44,524 bases of DNA, taken from positions 1-44,524 of the forward strand of contig JBAMMA010000005.1 of assembly GCA_039794005.1 (NCBI GenBank), read 5' to 3'. A program made the position numbers and the translations under genes. The notes beneath the pieces were generated by a model, which saw only the letters and a list, made by a program, of their open reading frames with translations, had not been told where the DNA came from and made no database searches. Positions 8,684 through 18,694 of the stretch are shown in pieces. Origin of the DNA: Thermoplasmata archaeon (lineage in GTDB: Archaea > Thermoplasmatota > Thermoplasmata > Thermoplasmatales > ARK-15). Numbering within the stretch: position 1 is the stretch's first letter; each line of letters starts with the position of its first letter.

Positions 8684-10002
8684 TTTATATGATAGACACT
8701 GAAAATATTGTTAATTTAGCATTGAGGAAGGGTGTTGATGAGGTAGTTGTCTCATATATTGAATCCGATACAAAACAGGTAAGGTTTTCGAACAACAGGA
8801 TAGATGCTGAATTGAATTATTTGAAAAAGAATATATACATATTCCTTGCAAAAAATAAAAAGGTTCTCTTTTCCGAAATAAACCGTGAAAAGGACATATC
8901 ATCAACTCTAGACAAATTGTTATTAATACTGGAAAAGATGCCTATAAACCAGGATTTCAATGGCATTAATCCAAAAAAACAGGTATATGGTGAACATTTA
9001 TACGATGGTAACTTGGAAAACATAGGAGACCTATCATTTTATGCTAAAATAGCAATAGATTCTGCCATGGAAAGGGGAGTTAAAAGAGTATCTGGAACAA
9101 TTTATCATACTACCAACGACATAATATTATCAACAAACTATAACACTGCAATAGACAAACACATATTCATGAACTATTCGGTAAGGGCCTTCAACGAATA
9201 TGGTTATGCCGGGCAGGCTGCATATCACACGGCAGACCATAGAGACCTTTCAAACAGAGGCCCTGAATCGATAGCCGAGGATGCAGCTGACTTTGCAATG
9301 TTGGTGGGCAAGGCGGCGGAAGGAAAAGACGGCAAATTTGATGTTCTGTTCCATCCACTTTGCTTTGGGTCCTTAATTACATACAGTATATCAATGGCAA
9401 ATGCATGGATTGCATCTACTGGGATGAGTATATTTGCAGATAGGTTAAATGAAAAGGTGGGTTCAGAAAAGTTCACGCTTATGGATGATCCAACATACCA
9501 GGGAGGTGCCGGATTTAGACTATTTGACGATGAGGCCACATCAACCAAAAAGACTACTGTTATAGAAAATGGTGTATTAAAAAGCTATTTGCACAACTAT
9601 TCGACGGCAAAGAAATATGGTACTGAAACAACTGGAAATGCCGGATTAGTAATACCCAGGGCATTCCAGCCCGTAATGAAAAATGGGAATAAGTCCTTTG
9701 CAGACATTTTATCCGACATGAAAAAAGGTTTATTTATAATAAACACGTGGTATACGAGGTTCCAGGATTCCAGGAATGGAGATTTCTCCACAATACCCAG
9801 GGACGGTATATTTTATATAGAAAATGGAGAAATAGTGGAAGGCTGGAGCGGAATAAGAATTTCAGACAACATGCTAAGGATATTCTCTAACATTGAAGAG
9901 GTAAGCGCCGAAACGGAAAAGGTATCATGGTGGGACGAAGTGATGCCATCCGTTATACCTTACGTTCTTGTAAGGGATGTAAATATAACAAAAAGTCGTT
10001 AA
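8680..10002 (+). CDS. tldE: TldE/PmbA subunit
   Basis: TldD/PmbA family features (FDDE, TTGNA), no HExxxH; overlaps the tldD stop. Confidence 0.88.
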   Translation: MIYMIDTENIVNLALRKGVDEVVVSYIESDTKQVRFSNNRIDAELNYLKKNIYIFLAKNKKVLFSEINREKDISSTLDKLLLILEKMPINQDFNGINPKKQVYGEHLYDGNLENIGDLSFYAKIAIDSAMERGVKRVSGTIYHTTNDIILSTNYNTAIDKHIFMNYSVRAFNEYGYAGQAAYHTADHRDLSNRGPESIAEDAADFAMLVGKAAEGKDGKFDVLFHPLCFGSLITYSISMANAWIASTGMSIFADRLNEKVGSEKFTLMDDPTYQGGAGFRLFDDEATSTKKTTVIENGVLKSYLHNYSTAKKYGTETTGNAGLVIPRAFQPVMKNGNKSFADILSDMKKGLFIINTWYTRFQDSRNGDFSTIPRDGIFYIENGEIVEGWSGIRISDNMLRIFSNIEEVSAETEKVSWWDEVMPSVIPYVLVRDVNITKSR

Positions 10003-10016
10003 AAATTTTTTAAATT

Positions 10017-10610
10017 TCATTGAATATTTTTAAACCTTTTACAAACAAGATATGTTTCCCTGCTTCCCCTCCTTGAGGCTGGTGGAGTTGTAAAAACACA
10101 AAAATCAAAAAATTTTTCAACATTTCTTTTGAATTCCTCGAGATCCTGTCCCTTAAAAATCTTTATTATAAGGCTTCCGCCCTCGTCCAGATATTTTTTT
10201 GAAATTTCAAAAACCCTTTTCGCAAGGTCCATGGATTTCATGTGATCTATTTCCTTAATTCCGGATATTTTAGGCGACATATCTGACATTATGATATCGA
10301 ACTTTTTTATCCCTGATCTGGCCATTTCATTTTCTATTTCTTTTAAAGTATTTTCTTCAAATATATCCCCTTTTATTTTTATTATTTCATCAACCCTGAT
10401 ATTGTTAAGATCCACAGATATAACTTTTCCGTTTATCACTTTTTCCTTTGCATACTGAGACCAGCTTCCCGGAGAAGCTCCCAGGTCCAAAACGTTCATG
10501 TCCTTTTTAAATATGTAAAATTTCTCGTCTATATATTTTAATTTATATACGGCCCTCGATCTATAATTCTCACCCTTCGCCTTTCGATAGTAATAATCCT
10601 GCCTTTTCAT
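10017..10610 (-). CDS. rlmE: 23S rRNA U2552 2'-O-methyltransferase
   Basis: YRSRAVYKL, DLGASPGSWSQ, SDMSP, SRETY motifs. Confidence 0.95.
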   Translation of the reverse strand: MKRQDYYYRKAKGENYRSRAVYKLKYIDEKFYIFKKDMNVLDLGASPGSWSQYAKEKVINGKVISVDLNNIRVDEIIKIKGDIFEENTLKEIENEMARSGIKKFDIIMSDMSPKISGIKEIDHMKSMDLAKRVFEISKKYLDEGGSLIIKIFKGQDLEEFKRNVEKFFDFCVFTTPPASRRGSRETYLVCKRFKNIQ

Positions 10611-10616
10611 TTTTAT

Positions 10617-11009
10617 TTACCATCTTCCTCCTTCTGTTTCAAGGTATTTTTTATACTGTTCAGGGGTCATGAGTTCCTTCAATTCTTCGGGATTCTCCAT
10701 TTCCACTTCAACAAGCCAGGCATTATATGGATCGTTATTTATAGTTTCTGGTTTATCTATCACCTGCTGATTAATATTTATTACCTTTCCAGATATTGGT
10801 GCATAGACATCTTCAACGGCTTTAACGCTCTCAATGACTCCAAAACTTTTACCTTTTACCAAACGTGTTCCCACATGGGGTAATTCCACATAAACAATAT
10901 CAGTCAACTGTTTTTGAGCATAATCTGAAACTCCTATTTTTGCCTTATTTCCCTCTACCAAAACCCATTCGTGTGTTTGTGAATATAACATTCTATTATC
11001 AATTTCCAT
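10617..11009 (-). CDS. gcvH: Glycine cleavage system H protein
   Basis: YSQTHEWV, lipoyl-lysine ESVKAV, INNDPY; start placed at ATG 11009. Confidence 0.95.
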   Translation of the reverse strand: MEIDNRMLYSQTHEWVLVEGNKAKIGVSDYAQKQLTDIVYVELPHVGTRLVKGKSFGVIESVKAVEDVYAPISGKVININQQVIDKPETINNDPYNAWLVEVEMENPEELKELMTPEQYKKYLETEGGRW

Positions 11010-11075
11010 AAATATCACTTGGTACAATAATGGAATTTAACAAAAAAAGTTTATGGTCAAATTTCCATATTTGTA

Positions 11076-11597
11076 TTGATGAGAACCTTTATAGCAATAA
11101 AATTTGACCCAAATCAGAAGATATTGGATCTGATGAACGATATAAAAAGTAGATATAAAATAAAAACCGTTGAACCTGAAAACCTTCATGCAACAATAAA
11201 ATTTTTAGGTGAGATAGATGAAAAATCTGCAGATAAAATATTGAAAGATTTGGAAAAAATAAATTTTAAGAAGTTTAAGGTGACATTGGTAGGTCTGGGA
11301 GCATTCCCAAACGAGAAAAGGGCAAGAGTATTGTGGATAGGAATAAAATCCGATGAATTTATGGAGTTGGGGAAAAAAATAAATGATCTATTAAAAGGTA
11401 TTGGTGAAGATAATTTTTCACCGCACCTTACCTTGGGAAGATTAAAAGAAACTGCAGACGTATCAGAATTTGTTAAAAATTTTAAAGATACAGTTTTTAA
11501 AGAATGTGAAATAACATATTTTTCATTTTACAGAAGCACATTGACGGAAAAAGGGCCAATATATACGGAAATAAAAAGGTTTAATTTATTAGATTAG
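11076..11597 (+). CDS. thpR: RNA 2',3'-cyclic phosphodiesterase / 2'-5' RNA ligase (2H family)
   Basis: MRTFIAI, two HxT motifs (HAT, HLT), GPIY. Confidence 0.93.
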   Translation: MMRTFIAIKFDPNQKILDLMNDIKSRYKIKTVEPENLHATIKFLGEIDEKSADKILKDLEKINFKKFKVTLVGLGAFPNEKRARVLWIGIKSDEFMELGKKINDLLKGIGEDNFSPHLTLGRLKETADVSEFVKNFKDTVFKECEITYFSFYRSTLTEKGPIYTEIKRFNLLD

Positions 11598-11875
11598 GCC
11601 TTCTTTTCTTCTGGCTTTTCAGGTTTTGATGTCGATAATGATACATAATCGGGGAATTTTTTCAGTATTACTATTGTTCCTACCGCCTTCACCCATCTGT
11701 ATGGTACAAGTATTGATACACCGTCTTCTACCAATAGAGGGTTTGGCTTAGGAATGTATAAACCGTATGCTGTCTGGTTATCTATATCCAATGATACGTC
11801 CTCAATTTTACCCAAATAATATCCTTTATTTGTATAAACATCAAGGCCTATAAGTTCGGTTATTTCTGTTAACAT
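11594..11875 (-). CDS. PRC-barrel domain protein (CdpB-like)
   Basis: LIGLDVYTNKGYYLGKIEDV...VPYRWVKAVGTIVIL pattern. Confidence 0.85.
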   Translation of the reverse strand: MLTEITELIGLDVYTNKGYYLGKIEDVSLDIDNQTAYGLYIPKPNPLLVEDGVSILVPYRWVKAVGTIVILKKFPDYVSLSTSKPEKPEEKKA

Positions 11876-11910
11876 ATCATATCCCTAACATATAATAAAT
11901 AAATCTATAT

Positions 11911-12492
11911 TTAATCTTTTTTAAATTTATTCACAACTTCAATAAAATTTTTGAATATTTGGTATCCATACTCGGTATTTTCCACTTCTGGATGGAATTG
12001 AACTCCGTATATTGGCAATTCTTTATGTTTAAATGCCTGTATTTTACAATTTTCTGAATATGCTAGGTGAATGAAATTTTCGGGCAATTCTTTAACTTCG
12101 TCATTGTGTGATTCCCATGCTATGAATTTTTCAGGAATGTTGATGAAAAGATCATCCTTCTCTATTACGGTTATTTCTGTCTTTCCAAATTCCGGTACTT
12201 TTGCCGGACCTACCTTCCCATTAAAATATAACGCTATGAACTGGGCACCAACGCATATGCCAAGAATTGGTATATTCAATTTTAAATAATCTCCTTGTCT
12301 CCCCAATTTTTCTACTTCATAGGAAATGGAAGGTGCTCCTCCAGATAAGACAAGCGCATCCACATTTTCTTCTAAAATCAATTTTGGATCGGTATCATTC
12401 GGTATTATCTTTGCTTCAACACCAAGGTATTTCAAGACCCTATATTCCCTATGCGTCCACTGGCCTCCATTATCAACCACATATATTTTCAT
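11911..12492 (-). CDS. guaAA: GMP synthase glutaminase subunit A
   Basis: DNGGQWTH, LGICVG, QFHPEV class I GATase motifs. Confidence 0.95.
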   Translation of the reverse strand: MKIYVVDNGGQWTHREYRVLKYLGVEAKIIPNDTDPKLILEENVDALVLSGGAPSISYEVEKLGRQGDYLKLNIPILGICVGAQFIALYFNGKVGPAKVPEFGKTEITVIEKDDLFINIPEKFIAWESHNDEVKELPENFIHLAYSENCKIQAFKHKELPIYGVQFHPEVENTEYGYQIFKNFIEVVNKFKKD

Positions 12493-12526
12493 TAAAAATG
12501 ATAAGGTAAAAAAGGTTTAAAAATTT

Positions 12527-14158
12527 TCAGAATAGGCCTACAATGGTTCCATCATCCAATAAATCGATCTTGTATGCGGCAGGTTCCTTGGACAAACCTG
12601 GCATTCTCATTATTTCTCCCAGTATTGGAACAACGAAGTTTGCACCTGCTGAGATTTTTATTTCCCTCACCGTTACGGTAAAGTCCCTTGGAACATTTAG
12701 AGCTTTTGAATCATCCGAAATTGATGACTGAGTTTTTGCCATGCAAACGAAGGCATTGTCCATACCGATCTTCTTAATAGTTTTTAAATCCTCTTCTGCA
12801 TCCTTTGTGAATATTACTCCCCTGGCTCCGTAAACATTTTTTGCTATCTTTTCAATCTTTATTTCCACTGGATCATTTATATCGTATGTATAGTTTATCT
12901 TCGGCTCTGGATTTGAATCGGCCCTTTGAACAACCTTCTTTGCAAGATCTTCTCCACCTTCACCACCCTTTGCAAATACCTCGGATAAAGACCATGTTGT
13001 TTTGTCCTCAGACAATAATTCTTCCAGGGCCGATATCTCCTTTTCTGTATCCTTGGGGAATCTGTTTATTGCTACTACCGGGTCTATTCCAAATTTCCTT
13101 ATGTTATTGACATGGAATCTTAAATTATCATAACCCTTTTTCATCGCTTCCACATTTTCTTCCTCAATATTTTTTGCGCCTCCGTGATATTTCATGGCCC
13201 TTATGGATGCAACTACAACAACTGCATTTGGCTTGAAATTACCCACCCTCGTTACAATGTTGAAAAACTTCTCGGCACCTAAATCTGAACCAAATCCTGC
13301 TTCTGTTACAAAATAATCTGAGAGGGCAAGACCTAACTTGTCTGCAATTATGCTATTTGTTCCATGTGCTATATTTCCAAATGGTCCAATATGTACAAAT
13401 GCTGGTGTATTTTCAGCCGTCTGGACTAAATTTGGTTTTAATGCATTTTTCAAAAGGGCTGCCATTGAACCGGTTGCCTTGATGTCCTTTGCAGTCACCG
13501 GCTTCTTATCCTTTGTGAATCCTACAATGATTTTCGACAACCTTGCCTTTAAATCAGCATAATTTTCACTGAGTGCCATTATGGCCATTATTTCACTTGC
13601 TGGAACTATGTCAAATCCATCTTCATATATAACACCGTTGCCCCTTCCCAATCCAACAATTATCTGCCTCAATGCCCTATCATTCATGTCAATCGTCCTT
13701 CTCCATATGACCTTCTTAGGATCTATGTGAGGCTCTAGATCGTAATATATGTGGTTGTTTATCATCGCAGATAATAAATTGTGTGCAGAGGAGATGGCAT
13801 GGAAATCACCCGTGAAATGTAAGTTTATTTCCTCCATGGGCTGAACCGTTGATTTCCCACCACCAGTGGCACCACCCTTAACACCAAATACAGGTCCTAG
13901 CGAGGGTTCTCTCAACGCAAGAATGCTCTTCTTACCTATCCTGTTGATGGCCATGGAAAGGCCAATGGATGTTGTTGTTTTACCTTCTCCTGCAGGAGTT
14001 GGAGTCATTGCAGTAACCAGAATCATTTTTCCTCTCCTTGATTTTAAGTCGTTCATTATACTAAGGTTTATTTTTGCCATGAAATTTCCATACTGTTCAA
14101 CATATTTTCTGTCTATTCCCGCCATATCTGCTATTTCTAAAATGTTTTTTAAGCTCAT
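12527..14158 (-). CDS. fhs: Formate--tetrahydrofolate ligase
   Basis: TPAGEGKTTT, KGGATGGG, GPFGNIAHG, TEAGFG. Confidence 0.97.
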   Translation of the reverse strand: MSLKNILEIADMAGIDRKYVEQYGNFMAKINLSIMNDLKSRRGKMILVTAMTPTPAGEGKTTTSIGLSMAINRIGKKSILALREPSLGPVFGVKGGATGGGKSTVQPMEEINLHFTGDFHAISSAHNLLSAMINNHIYYDLEPHIDPKKVIWRRTIDMNDRALRQIIVGLGRGNGVIYEDGFDIVPASEIMAIMALSENYADLKARLSKIIVGFTKDKKPVTAKDIKATGSMAALLKNALKPNLVQTAENTPAFVHIGPFGNIAHGTNSIIADKLGLALSDYFVTEAGFGSDLGAEKFFNIVTRVGNFKPNAVVVVASIRAMKYHGGAKNIEEENVEAMKKGYDNLRFHVNNIRKFGIDPVVAINRFPKDTEKEISALEELLSEDKTTWSLSEVFAKGGEGGEDLAKKVVQRADSNPEPKINYTYDINDPVEIKIEKIAKNVYGARGVIFTKDAEEDLKTIKKIGMDNAFVCMAKTQSSISDDSKALNVPRDFTVTVREIKISAGANFVVPILGEIMRMPGLSKEPAAYKIDLLDDGTIVGLF

Positions 14159-15687
14159 GAAATCACCTCTAACGATTTATTTTCAACATATTTAAGAATT
14201 TCATCACCCTCTTTTAATAAAATGTTTATTTCATTTTTCATATTATCAACAAAATTTTTGTCTTCAATATTCTTGAGATTTATTAAAACGTTCATGATTG
14301 CTCCTTTCATTGCAGAATATGCAAAATATGCAGAGCAAACACCATCAGTTATCGCATTCCTGTTTCCTTTTTCCGTTACTACTCTGGACAATCTCATAAC
14401 ATCTAAACACAATTTGGCCGTAGTTATGGGAACGATGCTCGCTCTCTTTGTTGACTCCTGAATCCTTTCCTTTCTAATTCTTTCCTCTTCCGGCGTGTTT
14501 TTAGGCAACTTTAATGCATCCATTATTTCATTAAATGCTTTTTCATCCTCTTCCATCAATTTTAACAATCTATTTTTCAATTCATTTGCCTGTTTAACTA
14601 TATTTTTCATTTCCTCCTCATATTCAGCATATTTTTTCTTACCTATTGTTAAGTTTGCAACCATTGAAGATAAAGATGCTGCAACTGCTCCCACGAGAGC
14701 ACTGGCAGCACCTCCACCGGGTGCCGGTGATGGTGATGATAGTTCATCTAAAAACTGATTTATGCCCTTATCATTGCCCAGATTTCCTTTTCTCAAAAGC
14801 TTGTACTCCAAAATCTGATCATTTTTAAAATTATTCAACCTCAAATAGAAATTTACTGTTCTCCTCAGTGCATCCAGAGGTATCATACCAACAATTTCTG
14901 AATTTGATATTAGAACACCTCTTCTCTCTGCTTCCAATCTTACCAATTCAAACGCTTTATACATTCCAGTCTGCTTGTAATTTATTAAATTCATAGATAC
15001 CTGAACCTGATTTTTATCCTTCAATTGAAAACCCAATGCTCTAACATTTTTCAAACCGCCAGATTTCTCTCTTACAGATCTGGCTATCTTTTTTGCAACA
15101 TCTAAATCATTTGTGTTTAAATTTACATTAAATGCAATCAAAAATTCTCTTGCGCCTATTATGGTAGCTCCGGCCTTCCCGATTTCTTGAGGTCCATAAT
15201 CTGGTTTCCATTTTTCTTCCTTAATATGTTCCTTCAGCTGTTCGTACTGAAAATTTTCATTTCTTATGTTTGGCAATTCTTTCCTCTCAGGAATTTTAGC
15301 TGCATGTTCATAAAGATATACAGGTATCTTTAGTTCATTACCTACCCTTTCACCCAGTCTATTTGCTAATTCCACACACTCTTCCATTGTGGTATCGAAC
15401 AATGGAACAAATGGGACAACATCAGCGGCGCCAAATCTAGGGTGCTCACCCTTATGCTGATCCATATCTATTAATTCCGAAGCCTTCTTTATTCCCCTAA
15501 AAGCTGCTTCCACAGCAAATTCAATAGGGGAAACAAATGTTATGACACTCCTATTGTGATTGGGGTCCATTTCTATATCTAAAACCATGATTTCTTGTCT
15601 GTAGGATATTGCATTAACTATTTCATCAACAATTTCCTTCCTCTTACCTTCACTAAAATTTGGCACACATTCAACTAATTTCATCAA
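14155..15687 (-). CDS. ftcd: Bifunctional glutamate formiminotransferase / formiminotetrahydrofolate cyclodeaminase
   Basis: VECVPNFSEG and HPRFGAADVVPF N-terminal domain; SPAPGGGAASA cyclodeaminase domain. Confidence 0.95.
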   Translation of the reverse strand: MMKLVECVPNFSEGKRKEIVDEIVNAISYRQEIMVLDIEMDPNHNRSVITFVSPIEFAVEAAFRGIKKASELIDMDQHKGEHPRFGAADVVPFVPLFDTTMEECVELANRLGERVGNELKIPVYLYEHAAKIPERKELPNIRNENFQYEQLKEHIKEEKWKPDYGPQEIGKAGATIIGAREFLIAFNVNLNTNDLDVAKKIARSVREKSGGLKNVRALGFQLKDKNQVQVSMNLINYKQTGMYKAFELVRLEAERRGVLISNSEIVGMIPLDALRRTVNFYLRLNNFKNDQILEYKLLRKGNLGNDKGINQFLDELSSPSPAPGGGAASALVGAVAASLSSMVANLTIGKKKYAEYEEEMKNIVKQANELKNRLLKLMEEDEKAFNEIMDALKLPKNTPEEERIRKERIQESTKRASIVPITTAKLCLDVMRLSRVVTEKGNRNAITDGVCSAYFAYSAMKGAIMNVLINLKNIEDKNFVDNMKNEINILLKEGDEILKYVENKSLEVIS

Positions 15688-15741
15688 AAACGTAAATGAT
15701 TGAGAAAATAAAAAGTTATTTTTATTTAGAATTTACAAAAT

Positions 15742-16476
15742 TTATCCTTCAATTCTTGGGGCCAGTAGAAACATTCCCTCTCCTTTGTTATTTGCAAACG
15801 TAAACTCTATTTTCACTGGATAATCTGTGCCAACATATATCTTAATGTATTCGCAAGATAGCGTTTTTACAAACCTCAGGAGATAATCCACCGGATAAAT
15901 ACTCTTAGCCTCAGAAGAAACGTTGAATTCCTTGAGATTTTCTTTTGGAATACTCAATTTTGTTTGATCCTCCTCACCCGTTGAATATAACATAAATTCA
16001 TCGGTTGTCACATGAAGAGTCACATTATCTGAAATGCTTTCAGCAACTTTTAGTCCGTCCAAAAATTCTTCGGTTGAGATTAATACATAATTTGAAAGAT
16101 TTATTTGAGGCACCTTTGGAATTGTTATACTCGATGGATCAATTGTCAACATTGTCCTTGTCAAATAATTTAAATTTATTGTTAACTTACTGTCCTCCTT
16201 TATTAATTCAACTATATCAGATGATTTTGCTGCCTTTAGGAAATCCTTTAACTTTTCCAAGTCCAAACCGACTTCTGTATCATCTGTCACATCATATTCC
16301 CTAAAATCTTCCTTTTTCATTTTTAATGTTATCATTGCGACATGAGCCGGATCTACTACCTTTACTTGTAAACCGGTTTTTGTGAACTCAAACTTAGCTT
16401 CTGAAACCATTGTTAATAAAATATCTATGATTTCCTTGAGGTCCTTTACGTCCATTTTAATGTTCATTCCCATCAC
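15742..16476 (-). CDS. pcn: DNA polymerase sliding clamp PCNA
   Basis: VDPAHVAMI, DYPVKI and C-terminal FLLAPRIE. Confidence 0.96.
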   Translation of the reverse strand: MMGMNIKMDVKDLKEIIDILLTMVSEAKFEFTKTGLQVKVVDPAHVAMITLKMKKEDFREYDVTDDTEVGLDLEKLKDFLKAAKSSDIVELIKEDSKLTINLNYLTRTMLTIDPSSITIPKVPQINLSNYVLISTEEFLDGLKVAESISDNVTLHVTTDEFMLYSTGEEDQTKLSIPKENLKEFNVSSEAKSIYPVDYLLRFVKTLSCEYIKIYVGTDYPVKIEFTFANNKGEGMFLLAPRIEG

Positions 16477-17118
16477 TTTTTTAATAATCTAAAAACAATA
16501 TATAAAACCTTTTTTGATTTTAAATTTCTAAACACATAACAGTGAAAAGAGATCATTTCTATTTTTTATTAAGTGTATTTATTTTTCAATATTGTTTTTA
16601 ACATTTTTATAATTTATGAGAAATTTTTTGTATTTTTTAATTTTATTTTATAAATAAAATATTATTTCACATCATCATAAATTTAATACATCATGTTTTT
16701 AAATTACTTGAATAATTTTTTAATTATAACTTTAAAATTATTTATTATTAAACAAAAATATTGCATCTCATAAATAATGCAATTTATTTCTATTGTTTGA
16801 ATATCATCATATATGGAAAATTAAAATTTATAGTAAAATATTTGAAGTAAATAATTTGCCTAATGTTACATAAAAATTTGTAATTGATTTAATAAAAAAT
16901 TATATGACATATCATTCAAGCAAGGATTTTGAAAGCTGGAAAAAAATGACGATTTCAATAACTTTAAATACAAATAACAATCCATTAAAATCAAAATATG
17001 ATAAAAATCAAAGAATTTCCATGAAATCACATTTAAATTTATGTGATAATTGAAACAATAATCCTTTTAATATTATTTTTACGTATCAGAAAAATCACAT
17101 ATAAAAAATTTAATGATA

Positions 17119-17397
17119 TTATTGCAAATCTTTCCATTTCTCTTTCAATTTTTCTGGATTTTCAAGATATTTTTTTATCAATATATTTTCTGGATTAACA
17201 TTAAAAAGATTTGATATGGATAATGTAATAAATAGAACGTCCGCTATTTCCTCATCCACATTTGTTTTATTCCTCACAGCTTTGTTTAATTCGCCCACCT
17301 CTTCTGTCAGTACGGATAGCAAAAACAAAGGACCTGATTTTTTATCTTGTTCCAAATAAAACATTTTCATCTTTTCTAAAATATCAGAGATCTCCAT
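17119..17397 (-). CDS. MazG-like nucleotide pyrophosphohydrolase
   Basis: EEVGEL...EEIADV motifs. Confidence 0.88.
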   Translation of the reverse strand: MEISDILEKMKMFYLEQDKKSGPLFLLSVLTEEVGELNKAVRNKTNVDEEIADVLFITLSISNLFNVNPENILIKKYLENPEKLKEKWKDLQ

Positions 17398-17454
17398 AAT
17401 TTCATAAATTTGAACAGATTAATTTTATTTTCTATTCCCAAATTAAAAATGGTT

Positions 17455-18570
17455 TCAACTTTTAATATCATTCTCTAAAATTTCCGAAACGTATTTTCCA
17501 ATCGCTGGAGACGCTGTTAAACCGGGTGATTCTATGCCTATCAGGTTGATAAAACCAAATAGTTCTTTGTCCTTTTCATGTCTAATTATGAAATCTTTGA
17601 ACCCATCATTAGGTCCTTGGAGTTTTGGCCTGATTCCTGAAAAATCCTCTTCGATTGTGTAATTAACTATGGATGGAAAATATTTTTTCACGGAATTCAC
17701 AAATATCTCTTTTTTTGTTTCAACATTGTAATTCAAATTATCAACATAGTATGCATTTGGTCCAAGCCTTATTGTAGAATAAACATCCGGTGTGATATGA
17801 ATCCCCAGGCCATACTTATCTGGAATTGGATATACAGGTAATTTTATTGATGCATTTCCTAAAATTCTGTAATAATCCCCCTTACAATAATGTATCTTAT
17901 ATCCATGTTTTAAAATGTCAATTCCCACCATACTAGCTATTTTATCTGAATATAGGCCTGCTGCATTTATAACATATCTTGCTCTAATAGAAAATCTTTC
18001 ATTCACACTAATACCATTTAAAAAATAATGATCATCCCTCTTTTCAATATTTAAGACCTCAGTTTTCAATGCTATATTGACATTATTTTTCAAGGACTTG
18101 GAATAAAAATAGTTTAAAAGATCTACAGGATCAATTATTCCGGTTGAAGGAACATAAATGCCCATCTTTGCATTTATTCTTTTATCAATCTTTTTAATTT
18201 CATCGCTTTCTATCAGATTAATACCTTCAATACCATTCTCCTCTCCATTTTTATATATTTTTTCCAACTCTTCAATTTCATAATCATCCGTTGCAACAAT
18301 TAATTTTCCAGTTTTTTTTGCATTCAATCCATATTTCTCAGATATTTCATATATTAATTTATTTCCCTCCTTTGACAATATTGATTTTAATGTGTTTTTT
18401 GGATAATATATCCCAGAGTGTATAATACCGCTATTTCTGGAAGAAGTTTCAAGACCTATATTCCAATTTTTTTCAAGCAAGTATACATTTTCATTTTTTT
18501 GGGATATTTCTGAGGCAATAGATAACCCGACAATGCCTCCGCCAATGATTACAATGTTTGCCCCATCCAT
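17455..18570 (-). CDS. FAD-dependent oxidoreductase, L-2-hydroxyglutarate oxidase-like family
   Basis: GGGIVG, TSSRNSGIIHSGIYY, GIRPK, GIESPGLTASPAI. Confidence 0.88.
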   Translation of the reverse strand: MDGANIVIIGGGIVGLSIASEISQKNENVYLLEKNWNIGLETSSRNSGIIHSGIYYPKNTLKSILSKEGNKLIYEISEKYGLNAKKTGKLIVATDDYEIEELEKIYKNGEENGIEGINLIESDEIKKIDKRINAKMGIYVPSTGIIDPVDLLNYFYSKSLKNNVNIALKTEVLNIEKRDDHYFLNGISVNERFSIRARYVINAAGLYSDKIASMVGIDILKHGYKIHYCKGDYYRILGNASIKLPVYPIPDKYGLGIHITPDVYSTIRLGPNAYYVDNLNYNVETKKEIFVNSVKKYFPSIVNYTIEEDFSGIRPKLQGPNDGFKDFIIRHEKDKELFGFINLIGIESPGLTASPAIGKYVSEILENDIKS

Positions 18571-18694
18571 TATAACAATAATAAACTTTTGTTATTTAAA
18601 ATTAAAATAATATAAAAATTAAATTCTTGTTTTAAAAGGATAATTGTATTTTTTTAAATAAATATGGAGAGATTTACAATATAAAATTTTTAAA

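Noticed and set aside
16477-17118. Replication origin call
   Set aside because: No ORB or mini-ORB repeats and no orc1/cdc6 gene in the window; AT-richness alone is insufficient.
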